From Chthoniobacterales bacterium (GTDB lineage: Bacteria > Verrucomicrobiota > Verrucomicrobiia > Chthoniobacterales > DASVRZ01): a DNA stretch of 64,000 bases. Made by a program: the position numbers and the translations under genes. Position 1 is the first letter of the stretch, and each line of letters starts with the position of its first letter. The stretch lies in NCBI GenBank assembly GCA_036525185.1, contig DATDAW010000029.1:13162-77161 (forward strand), given 5' to 3'. The notes beneath the pieces were generated by a model. That model saw only the letters and a program-made list of their open reading frames with translations. It did no database searches and was not told where the DNA came from. Below, in pieces: positions 28,868 to 37,282 of this stretch.

Positions 28868-28970
28868 ATCCTACTCGTAATCTTTCTTCCTCAAGACTCC
28901 TGGCCCCTCACTCACAAAGAGAGGAAGAGGGTGTGAACGAGGATTGAATGATTACGATTAAGAGTAGGAT
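28868..28970. repeat. Imperfect intergenic palindrome with tandem-word arms
   Basis: Left arm atcctactcgtaatctttcttcctc (28868-28892). The right arm (28921-28970) has reverse complement atcctactcttaatcgtaatcattcaatcctcgttcacaccctcttcctc. The arms share their termini and the gtaatc word. Confidence 0.55.
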
Positions 28971-28983
28971 CATTGGTGGGCTG

Positions 28984-30906
28984 TCAACCGTCGATGGTTT
29001 GCAGGACGGCCTCGACCACTTCTTCCACGGTGACCGCGTTCATGCAGCGAAAATCAATGGGGCATTCGCGCAGGAAACACGGGCTGCACTCCACCTGATG
29101 CCGCAGGACGCGATGGCCGGTGCCCATGGGGCCGGTGAGGACGGGCTCGGTACTGCCGAAAATGGCAATGACTGGCACGCCAAGCAGGGCGGCGAGATGC
29201 ATGGTGCCCGTGTCGTTGGTCAAAAGAGCCGAGCATTGCCCCAGCAGCGTCGTTAGCTCTGCGAGTGTCGTTTTGCCAATGTGATTTTCCACCGGTCCGT
29301 CGATGCCAGCGGCGATTTGCTCGCCAATGTCAGCGTCGCCGGCCACGCCGAACAAATGCCACTCGCAATCGCGCCGGTGAGCGACGGCATTGGCCACTTG
29401 TGCGAACCGCTCCGGCTGCCAGCGCTTGGCTGGACCATACTCGGCGCCCGGACAAAGGCCTATCTTGAGTCGACCATCGCGGCGGATAACGGCAGGCAGG
29501 GGAAATGCCGCCTCGGGCATATTGCCGCCGATTTGTTCTGCGAAACGCAAGTAGTGCAGACTCTGATGTTCCGGAGGCCCGACCTTTTTTGGATCGCGAA
29601 TAATTTGGTTCAGTAAAAGACTGCGACCCTGCCGGTCGTAGGCTGTCCGGCGTGGAATACCGGCGAGGAAGGCTTCGAGGCCGGTGCGCATGGAATTTGG
29701 AAATAAAATGGCGGCATCAAAAGGTAGCCGGTTTTTTTTCTTTTTTGCGCGTAGTTTTCTGGCGACGCCAAAAACACTGTCCTTCGGTCCGATGGGGATG
29801 ATTTCGTCCACTTCGGGAATCACGCGCCAGAAGTCGGCCAGCTTCTGTTTAACGAGCATTGTTATCCGGGCGTCGGGCCGTCCGCGTTTGATTGCGCGCA
29901 CGGCTGGCACTGTCATCACGGCGTCGCCGAGCCAATTGCTCGAGCGGATCACGATTTCGAAAGGCTGCAAGTCGGCAGTCGTCATTCCCGGCGGGAGCAC
30001 GATTCCGCGTTTATAGCGTTTGGTGTTGCCCAGAAGAAACTCGGGAGAAGGTGTTTTCCAACGTTCGTGCACCCAAAACCATTCGTGAGGGCTCAGGCGA
30101 ATGAGCTGTTCGAGCTCCTGATTGAGCCGTGCGGTGGTTAGTTCGACGTCACGGGTCGCTTCTTCGATTGGTGGCAGAAACGTCATTTTCCAGCGGGCAA
30201 TCCCCGTGGTCTGCACGGCGACGGAAACCAGAGCGGCGCCGGACCGCGCCGCCATCAGCGCGGCGAGGGGCGACGTTGAGGCGAGTCTGTTGAAAAAAGG
30301 GACCCAGGTGCCGCCATCACCCGCGTGTTGATCGATTAGCACGCCGCCCATGCCGCCTTCGCGCAGAATGCGGATTGCTTCACCGAAACCTTCCTTGCGT
30401 TCGAGCATGCGGATGCCGAAGCGGATGCGCGTCTGGCGTATGTAACGATCGATGTGCGGATTTCCGAGGCGTTGATAGACCGCGGTGAGTTCGAAATTTT
30501 CAAAAACGAACATGGCCTGGGCAAAGAGCTCCCAATTTCCCATGTGATTGATCGACCACAGCACGCCGCGGCCGCTTCTTAGCAATTCCAGCACGCGCTC
30601 GACACCATCGAAGGTGAGCCGTTCCTGGATTTCATCGCGGGACAATCGCGCAAGGGCAGGTGTGACAAGGAGGTTTGCGACGAGATTCTGGAAATGCTGG
30701 CGGGCAAGCGCGCGGATTTGCCGGGGTGTTTTCTCCCGGCCGAACGCGATGGTCAGATTCTTGATCGCGAGCTTGCGGTACGGAAAGAACAGCCAGTAAC
30801 CCAGCAGCCCGAGGAGACGTCCGCAGCGGAATATTAGGTCCAGGGGCAATCTCTCAATCAGCCATACCGCTCCGAGAAAAGTCCGGTAAATCAGGAGATC
30901 AAGCAT
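28984..30906 (-). CDS. Fusion protein: LpxL/HtrB-type lipid A late acyltransferase (N-terminal) plus GT9 heptosyltransferase (C-terminal)
   Basis: N-terminal half has SINHMGNWELFA and VLIDQHAG (Lip_A_acyltrans motifs). C-terminal half has SSNWLGDAVMTVPAVRAIK and NDTGTMHLAALLGVPVIAIFGSTEP (GT9). Confidence 0.85.
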   Translation of the reverse strand: MLDLLIYRTFLGAVWLIERLPLDLIFRCGRLLGLLGYWLFFPYRKLAIKNLTIAFGREKTPRQIRALARQHFQNLVANLLVTPALARLSRDEIQERLTFDGVERVLELLRSGRGVLWSINHMGNWELFAQAMFVFENFELTAVYQRLGNPHIDRYIRQTRIRFGIRMLERKEGFGEAIRILREGGMGGVLIDQHAGDGGTWVPFFNRLASTSPLAALMAARSGAALVSVAVQTTGIARWKMTFLPPIEEATRDVELTTARLNQELEQLIRLSPHEWFWVHERWKTPSPEFLLGNTKRYKRGIVLPPGMTTADLQPFEIVIRSSNWLGDAVMTVPAVRAIKRGRPDARITMLVKQKLADFWRVIPEVDEIIPIGPKDSVFGVARKLRAKKKKNRLPFDAAILFPNSMRTGLEAFLAGIPRRTAYDRQGRSLLLNQIIRDPKKVGPPEHQSLHYLRFAEQIGGNMPEAAFPLPAVIRRDGRLKIGLCPGAEYGPAKRWQPERFAQVANAVAHRRDCEWHLFGVAGDADIGEQIAAGIDGPVENHIGKTTLAELTTLLGQCSALLTNDTGTMHLAALLGVPVIAIFGSTEPVLTGPMGTGHRVLRHQVECSPCFLRECPIDFRCMNAVTVEEVVEAVLQTIDG

Positions 30907-30945
30907 GGCGGGACGGAACGGCGGGCAGAATAGCGACTACTTCCA

Positions 30946-32547
30946 TCATTTCCGGTAAATTGCCCGCAGCGGGTGCTCGTCAAGAACATTGGCCTGGATG
31001 CCGCCGAGTTTCTTGGAGTCGTAAATCTGAATTCCCACGTAGTAGTAGAGCGGGCAGATCGGCGCTTCATCGGTGACGAGCATACGCTCGGCTTTTTGAA
31101 AAATGGCGTAACGTTTTGCGGAATCCAGTTCTGCGGCTGCTTCGGCGATCCACTGGTCATATTGTGGGTTTGACCAGCCCGTCCGGTTGTTTCCGCCGTC
31201 GGTGACGAACATGTCCATGAAGGTATTCGGGTCGTTGTAGTCGCCCACCCAACTCGAACGGCAGAGATCGTAGTCGAGGCGGTTCTGTGTGTTGAGATAG
31301 ACCTTCCATTCCTGGCGTTGCAGACCCATGCGGATGCCAAGTTCACGCTGAAACATCGCCTGCAGCTCGACAGCTATGTTTTCGTTAATCTTCTTGTCGT
31401 CATAGAGATAATTGATCGGAGGAAAACCTTTACCGCCGGGGTATCCGGCTTCGGCGAGCAAACGCCGCGCTTTTTCGGGATCGCGAGCATAACTGGCCGG
31501 GGGCTCGTACCCGGCGGTTTTCGGCGGGACAAAGCTGGTGGCCGGAATTTCCCCGGCGCGTGTGATTTTGTTGACGATGAGATCCTTGTCTATGACCAGG
31601 GAGAACGCCTGGCGCACGCGGACGTCGTTAAAGGGCGGTCGCGTGACGTTGAAACGGATGAAATAGTTCCCCAGAAACGGCGCTGCATGGAAGTCAGGGC
31701 GTCTCTTGAGGTCGGCTATGAGTGCCGGAGGCGTCAATCCCTTGTCCATGATAAGATCGGCGACGCCGGATGCGTAAAAATTATAGGCGGTCATCGAGTT
31801 CTCGATGGGAAGCACATCGACGGAATTCAGTCGGACGTTGGCAGCATTCCAATAATTTGGATTTTTCCTGAGCCGAATGCGGTCATTGAGGCGCCATTCT
31901 TCGAGGAGAAATGCGCCATTGGTGACAATGTTCTTCGGTTTAATCCATTCCTCGCCATACTTCTTGACCGTCTCGACGGATACGGGAAGGAGCGTGGCGA
32001 ACCAGCACAGGTCCAGGAAGAACGGAGTTGGATTTTCGAGTGTGACGACCAGCGTGCGATCGTCGAGAGCTTTCACTCCGACCTGGGAGAAGTCCTTGAG
32101 CGTGCCTTCGTTGAACGCCTTTGCATTTTTAAGGTAATAGAGTTGATAGGCGTATTCCGCTGCCTGCTCCGGGCTGAGGGTGCGTTGCCAGCTGTCGACG
32201 AAATCCTTGGCAATTACCGGGCGTCCGTTGGACCAATTGGCGTTTGAGCGGAGGTGAAACGTGTACGTTTTGCCATCCGGCGAGATTTCCCAAGTCTCGG
32301 CGATGCCGGGCTGAGGTCCATTTTCGCCGAAAATGGTGAGCCCTTCGAACAATGCGTAAACGATGCGTGAATCGAGCTGACCAGTAATGACTGCCGGGTC
32401 GATGGACTCGGGCTCAGCGCCGTTCAGGAAGACGAGGTCGGCACGATTGGCGGGGCGGTCGCAGGCGTTGAGCAGTGCTGCAACGCTTGATATGGCGACA
32501 GCGTTCCGGAGGTTGTGACGTAACCTGCGGAAGAAGCGACCTGCCAC
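30946..32547 (-). CDS. ABC-transporter substrate-binding lipoprotein, family 5 (peptide/nickel type)
   Basis: Signal plus LNAC lipobox; SBP_bac_5-like body. GTG start. No permease or ATPase genes adjacent. Confidence 0.88.
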   Translation of the reverse strand: MAGRFFRRLRHNLRNAVAISSVAALLNACDRPANRADLVFLNGAEPESIDPAVITGQLDSRIVYALFEGLTIFGENGPQPGIAETWEISPDGKTYTFHLRSNANWSNGRPVIAKDFVDSWQRTLSPEQAAEYAYQLYYLKNAKAFNEGTLKDFSQVGVKALDDRTLVVTLENPTPFFLDLCWFATLLPVSVETVKKYGEEWIKPKNIVTNGAFLLEEWRLNDRIRLRKNPNYWNAANVRLNSVDVLPIENSMTAYNFYASGVADLIMDKGLTPPALIADLKRRPDFHAAPFLGNYFIRFNVTRPPFNDVRVRQAFSLVIDKDLIVNKITRAGEIPATSFVPPKTAGYEPPASYARDPEKARRLLAEAGYPGGKGFPPINYLYDDKKINENIAVELQAMFQRELGIRMGLQRQEWKVYLNTQNRLDYDLCRSSWVGDYNDPNTFMDMFVTDGGNNRTGWSNPQYDQWIAEAAAELDSAKRYAIFQKAERMLVTDEAPICPLYYYVGIQIYDSKKLGGIQANVLDEHPLRAIYRK

Positions 32548-32559
32548 TGGAAGCAGAGG

Positions 32560-33054
32560 CTAAGGGGTTGCTGTTGCTGCGGGTGCAGCGCTCGCGGCGG
32601 AAGACGGCGAGACGTTTGGTGAGGCAGCTGTGGGAGCGGAAGTAGCGGGCGCAGGGGTCGCCGGCGCGGGTGTTGCGACCGGAGAGGCTTTGGGTGCCTC
32701 AGCTGCAACAGGAGTCACGGAGGTGGCCGGCGCTGGAGTGGTTTTTGAAGCTTCCACAGCCTGAGCTTTTGCGGCTTGTTCGAGTCCTTTCTGAACGTCG
32801 GAGGGTTTTGTGGAAGCTTTCGCGTAGAGAATCGTCAGTAGCAGGCACACGGCAAAAAACGCGCCCCCGAGATAAACGGTGAATTTTTGCAGGACATTCG
32901 TGGTCTGCGCGCCAAAGAGATCCTGAGTCATGCTGGTGCCGAACGAGGCGCCCAGGCCTTCGTTTTTCGGGCGTTGCATCAGAACAACAAGCACCATCAG
33001 CGCGGAGACGATCACCAGAACGCCGATGAGGAGGTAAATAAGAACGTTTAGCAT
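32560..33054 (-). CDS. secG: Preprotein translocase subunit SecG with Ala/Pro/Thr-rich C-terminal extension
   Basis: MLNVLIYLLIGVLVIVSALMVLVVLMQRPKNEGLG..FG core and a second TM helix. ATG at 33054. The ~85 aa low-complexity tail is unusual. Confidence 0.85.
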   Translation of the reverse strand: MLNVLIYLLIGVLVIVSALMVLVVLMQRPKNEGLGASFGTSMTQDLFGAQTTNVLQKFTVYLGGAFFAVCLLLTILYAKASTKPSDVQKGLEQAAKAQAVEASKTTPAPATSVTPVAAEAPKASPVATPAPATPAPATSAPTAASPNVSPSSAASAAPAATATP

Positions 33055-34003
33055 ATCGAGAGCGGGCAACCTTAACCGGCGAATGGGCCTTGTAAAGCGG
33101 AGGTTGCCGAGGGTCAGCACCAGCGCGATTGAACTTCGGGTTGCACCGATGCCGGGTAAGGAAGCGTTGGTTTGTTGTGATGCAATTGAGAGTTGCCCGG
33201 GTCGGGTGATGCCCGAGCAAACGCCAGTATCGGTCGGATTCCTGCGGGTTGCCCCGGTTACTTCATATTCCGAGTCAACGATTCCGATCGCTCCCACGAC
33301 GGGGAAATGATTGGGTAACCCCTGGTTCTCATCCTGCGCGGAAAGCAAATTTTCCCCTCTGCCGCTGGCTGATTCTTGCTGCCACCGTCGCGCATGGTGA
33401 TCGGAAAGCAGCGTCGGGGTCTGCTCCGGCGTATTGGATGCGAGTGTTGACGTTCCCTTCGGTATTTCCGGAAAAACAGCGGGTAAGCTGCCTTTCCGGA
33501 CGCTCCCGGTGATTAGAGTGCCGTCTCAGTGGCGTTTTCTAGTCGCAGTATCGGCTCATGTGTATCCCGGCCCGGGACCTCACGGTTGCTTAAAAGGAAC
33601 GATATCGCGGCTTAAGGCCGTTAGAACGCTAAAACGTCCAGGGTGGGCATTGTTCCTGTCGGCATCATGGCTGCAATGGTGGATTACGTCGGCGGGGCAG
33701 GGTCACGTTTGGCGAGATCAGCCCGCGCAATCCGCGAAAAATCACATCCGGAGTGATACGCGAGGTGGTCTGGCCAGACTTGTTTGCAAGGTTGGCTGGT
33801 GAGAAGCTAGTTTTGGGGTAAAGAAAAGCGTTGCGAAAGGGGCGAAATGCTAGCGATTTTGCCTGTGGCGGAGGGAAAGGGCTGGTTAGCCTAGCAGGGG
33901 GGTCGGGAGGAAGCGGAGATCAAAGCATTACAAGGCCGTAACATTCCGTCCGCAAAGGTAACATAGCGCTTGCAAGTGTAAAATCTGTTATTAATGTCGA
34001 TTT

Positions 34004-34504
34004 ATGCCTACCAAAGCCAAATCCACACCTGCCAAAAAGCCAGCTCCGGCAGCCAAGCCTGTTGCGCGAAAAGTTGCTGTAGCCCCGGTTGCCAAACCGG
34101 CAAAAGCAGCGCCTGCTGCCAAGGCTGCAAAACCTGCAAAACCTGCAAAGCCAGCGAAGGCTGTTAAACCCGCAAAAGCGGCCAAAGCTGCTCCTGCGGC
34201 TGTTGTTGCACCGGTTGCTCCGGCTCCGGTCGTAAAAACCGTCAAAGGCAAGAAGCCTGCAAAGACTGGTCCTAAGAAAGGCCGCGGCCGTGTTACATCC
34301 CCGAGTGGTCCTCTTTCGACCGCCGTTGTCGCCGTGCTCAAGCGGTTCAAGCGTCCTCTTAGCTGCCGCGAAATCACCGAGGCGCTCCTCAAGAAGGGTT
34401 ATGTTTTCACGCACCCTGAGCCGAAACGGATTCTCTCGATCCGCATTTACAAGCTCAAAGGCGTTAAGAAAGTGTCCGCAGGCCGTTTCACTTTTGCCGA
34501 GTAA
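34004..34504 (+). CDS. Histone H1-like AKP-repeat protein with C-terminal winged-helix-like domain
   Basis: N-terminal ~90 aa are almost entirely A/K/P repeats (AKPAKPAKPAKAVKPAKAAKAAPAA). The C-terminal ~70 aa are globular (LSCREITEALLKKGYVF). Followed by a strong terminator. Confidence 0.75.
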   Translation: MPTKAKSTPAKKPAPAAKPVARKVAVAPVAKPAKAAPAAKAAKPAKPAKPAKAVKPAKAAKAAPAAVVAPVAPAPVVKTVKGKKPAKTGPKKGRGRVTSPSGPLSTAVVAVLKRFKRPLSCREITEALLKKGYVFTHPEPKRILSIRIYKLKGVKKVSAGRFTFAE

Positions 34505-34537
34505 ATCCACGCCCAATCAACCAAATCATCAACCAAG

Positions 34538-34568
34538 CGGCCCGGAGAAATCCGGGCCGTTTTTTTTT
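34538..34568 (+). terminator. Rho-independent terminator
   Basis: cggcccgga-gaaa-tccgggccg stem-loop followed by a run of nine T. Confidence 0.85.
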
Positions 34569-34694
34569 GTTCGCGTAATTGTTGTTCGAGGCGCGGAATA
34601 GCTCTACCCCTGCGGCGAGAACCAAAGAACGGCCTCTCAACTCGTTGGTTTTTTAGTTCTTGCGGGGATCGCCGCCCTCCTTGCAAGCTCCGGC

Positions 34695-36074
34695 ATGGTC
34701 GGAAAACTTCTCGAACCCGAAATCCGGGAGATGATCGCCCAACGCGACTTCAACGCTTTGCGCACCGGGTTTCTCGAATGGCCACCGGCTGACCTTGCAG
34801 AGCTGCTAACGGATTTGCCCCAGGAGGAGCAGGTTATTATATTCCGCATTCTGCCGTCTTCGGTGGCTGCAGACACGTTTGAATATCTCGACGTCGATGT
34901 TCAGTCCCGGTTGATTCATGCGATGGGTCAGGAGCAGGTGGCGGGGATCCTGAATGAGATGTCCCCCGACGACCGGACGACGCTGCTCGAGGAATTGCCG
35001 GCAAATGTCGTGTCGCAGCTGTTGCGGCTGTTAACGCCTAAAGAGCGGGCTGTCGCCCAGTCGCTTTTAAATTACCCCGAGTCCAGCGTCGGGCGGTTGA
35101 TGACACCGCATTTTGTCTCCGTGCGTGAGACGTGGACGGTTGCGCAGGTGCTGGATCACATCCGGCATCACGGAGCGGATAGCGAGACGCTCAACGTGAT
35201 TTACGTCGTGGACGAGATGGGCCACCTGGTCAATGACGTGCGGATTAATGAGTTTTTGCTCAAGCCGCTGGAGACGGAGGTGCGTTCATTGCACGGGAGC
35301 AAGGTGCCGCCGTTGAGGGTGACGGATCTCGAGAGTGAGGCCGTGGAAGTTTTCCTGAAGTACGATCGGACGGTGCTGCCTGTGGTGGATTCCGATGAAA
35401 AATTGCTAGGGATTGTGACCGTGGACGACGTGCTCGACGTGGCGGTGGAGGAGACAACCGAGGATATCCAGAAACTAGGTGCGGTGGAGGCTTTGGATGA
35501 GCCATATCTGGATGTGTCGCTTTTAAAACTGGTGCGGAAACGGGCGGTATGGCTCGTTGTTCTATTCGTGGGTGAGATGTTGACGGCGACGGCGATGGGC
35601 GCTTTTGAGCACCAGATTGCGCAGGCCGTAGTGTTGGCTCTGTTTGTGCCACTAATCATTTCCAGTGGAGGAAATTCGGGTTCACAGGCGACGACGCTGA
35701 TCATTCGAGCAATGGCGTTGGGCGAGGTGAGGCTGCGGGATTGGTGGCGCGTGATGCACCGGGAGATCCAGGCGGGATTTCTGTTGGGCTGTATTTTGTC
35801 GGCAATCGGATTTACGCGGATCGCGGTATGGACGCTGTTTTCGGATCAGTATGGGCCGCACGCAATGTTAATTGGCGTTACGGTGAGTCTGTCGCTAATT
35901 GGCGTGGTGTTATGGGGGACGTTGGCGGGATCGATGCTCCCTTTTCTCTTGCGACGTCTTGGGTTGGATCCGGCGACGTCATCGGCGCCTTTTGTGGCGA
36001 CACTGGTGGACGTGACGGGGCTGATTATTTATTTCAGCATCGCGATGACGGTCCTGAAGGGGAGCTTGCTATGA
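34695..36074 (+). CDS. mgtE: Magnesium transporter MgtE
   Basis: MgtE_N region, CBS pair and a C-terminal 5-TM domain with PLIISSGGNSGSQ and VDVTGLIIYF. Confidence 0.93.
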   Translation: MVGKLLEPEIREMIAQRDFNALRTGFLEWPPADLAELLTDLPQEEQVIIFRILPSSVAADTFEYLDVDVQSRLIHAMGQEQVAGILNEMSPDDRTTLLEELPANVVSQLLRLLTPKERAVAQSLLNYPESSVGRLMTPHFVSVRETWTVAQVLDHIRHHGADSETLNVIYVVDEMGHLVNDVRINEFLLKPLETEVRSLHGSKVPPLRVTDLESEAVEVFLKYDRTVLPVVDSDEKLLGIVTVDDVLDVAVEETTEDIQKLGAVEALDEPYLDVSLLKLVRKRAVWLVVLFVGEMLTATAMGAFEHQIAQAVVLALFVPLIISSGGNSGSQATTLIIRAMALGEVRLRDWWRVMHREIQAGFLLGCILSAIGFTRIAVWTLFSDQYGPHAMLIGVTVSLSLIGVVLWGTLAGSMLPFLLRRLGLDPATSSAPFVATLVDVTGLIIYFSIAMTVLKGSLL

Positions 36075-36078
36075 AAAG

Positions 36079-36184
36079 ACAAGTTTTCAGGGTTCAGGAT
36101 CCAGGTTTCAGTCGACCGCGGGAGTTCGTTAGACCTTTGCGCACCCAGTGACTGAAAACTGAAACCTCAATCCTGAAAACTTGT
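36079..36184. repeat. Imperfect intergenic palindrome with tandem-word arms, filling the mgtE/aguA convergent gap
   Basis: Left arm acaagttttcagggttcaggatccaggtttcagtc (36079-36113). The right arm (36150-36184) has reverse complement acaagttttcaggattgaggtttcagttttcagtc. The first 13 nt are identical and the arms iterate a ttcagg-like word. Confidence 0.65.
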
Positions 36185-37234
36185 TCATGCCGGTTGCTGT
36201 TGCGTGAGGCAATGGAAAGCGCCTAAACCCCAAATCAGTTCCCGGCAATCGATGGGGACGATGCGGCGCGTGGGAAAGGCCTGTTGTAAAACGGATGCGG
36301 CCCATTTGTCCTGGTTGTGCCCGAAGACAGGAAGCAGGACGACTTTGTTGGCGATATAGAAATTTGCGTAGCTGGCGGGGAGGCGCTGATCCTGGCGGAC
36401 GATTTTCGATGGCATCGGCAAGGTATGCACGTGAAGAGGGTCGCCATCTTCGAGTGTCATTTCTTTGAGGCGCGCGAGGTTTTCCTGGAGCGGACTGTAG
36501 TTGGGGTCGTCGGGATCCTCTTCGAGGGCTGTGACTACGGTTGTGGGGTTGACGAACCGCGTGATGTCGTCGACATGGCCATCCGTGTCGTCGCCCTCGA
36601 TGCCGTCGCCGAGCCAGAGGATGTTGGTGACGCCGAGATAGTCTTTGAGGAGCTGCTCGATTTCTCGCTGCGTGTTGTCTGGGTTGCGATTGGGATTGAG
36701 CAAACAGGATGTGGTTGTGAGCAGGGTGCCGCGTCCGTTGACATCCAATGATCCGCCTTCCATGACGATGCCCGGGTAGTAAACGGGCATGTCGAGCACC
36801 TCGGCCACGCGAGTAGGCACTTCGTCATCGGCGTCAAACGGCGGGTACTTCCATCCCCAGGCGTTAAATCCCCAATCGATAATGGCCAGTCGCGGCTCGG
36901 CGGCACGTTTCACAAAAATTGGCCCGTGATCGCGGCACCAGCACTCGTTGGTTGGAATATGATGAAACGTGACATGGGAAATATCGATGCGGTCAAGCTG
37001 TTTGCGGACTACCGCTTCGATGTCAGCGTCGAGGACGTTGATATTGACTCGCTCAGATTCGCGGAGCGCGTCCACCATTTTTACCAGTGTGGGAATGATG
37101 GATTCGTAAGAGCCGGGAAAACTGATGCCGTCCGGTCGCGGCCACGAGAGCCAGGTGGCGGCGTGTGGTTCCCACTCAGCCGGCATGCGGTAGCCAAGCG
37201 CGGCGGGTGTTTGCGGAGCGTTGGGAGTAATCAT
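36185..37234 (-). CDS. aguA: Agmatine deiminase
   Basis: GYRMPAEWEPHAATWLSWP and C-terminal GAFHCLTQQQP (catalytic Cys). The track start at 37282 is TTG; ATG at 37234 is preferred. Confidence 0.9.
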   Translation of the reverse strand: MITPNAPQTPAALGYRMPAEWEPHAATWLSWPRPDGISFPGSYESIIPTLVKMVDALRESERVNINVLDADIEAVVRKQLDRIDISHVTFHHIPTNECWCRDHGPIFVKRAAEPRLAIIDWGFNAWGWKYPPFDADDEVPTRVAEVLDMPVYYPGIVMEGGSLDVNGRGTLLTTTSCLLNPNRNPDNTQREIEQLLKDYLGVTNILWLGDGIEGDDTDGHVDDITRFVNPTTVVTALEEDPDDPNYSPLQENLARLKEMTLEDGDPLHVHTLPMPSKIVRQDQRLPASYANFYIANKVVLLPVFGHNQDKWAASVLQQAFPTRRIVPIDCRELIWGLGAFHCLTQQQPA

Positions 37235-37282
37235 ACGCAAGGGAGGAATGAGCCGTATTCTAACCAAATTGAGCGAACTCAA

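Noticed and set aside
33055-34003. Specific identities for the ORF-poor region (RNase P RNA, tmRNA, SRP RNA, cobalamin riboswitch)
   Set aside because: Hallmark motifs were sought on both strands and not found. The closest hit, GUCCGGAAAGGCAGC on the minus strand against the SRP helix-8 GUCCGGAAGGAAGCAGC, lacks the surrounding symmetric-loop context. The region is kept only as an unexplained finding.
34570-34694. Possible M-box (Mg) riboswitch upstream of mgtE
   Set aside because: The leader is only ~125 nt and shows none of the conserved M-box helices or sequence blocks that I can recall.
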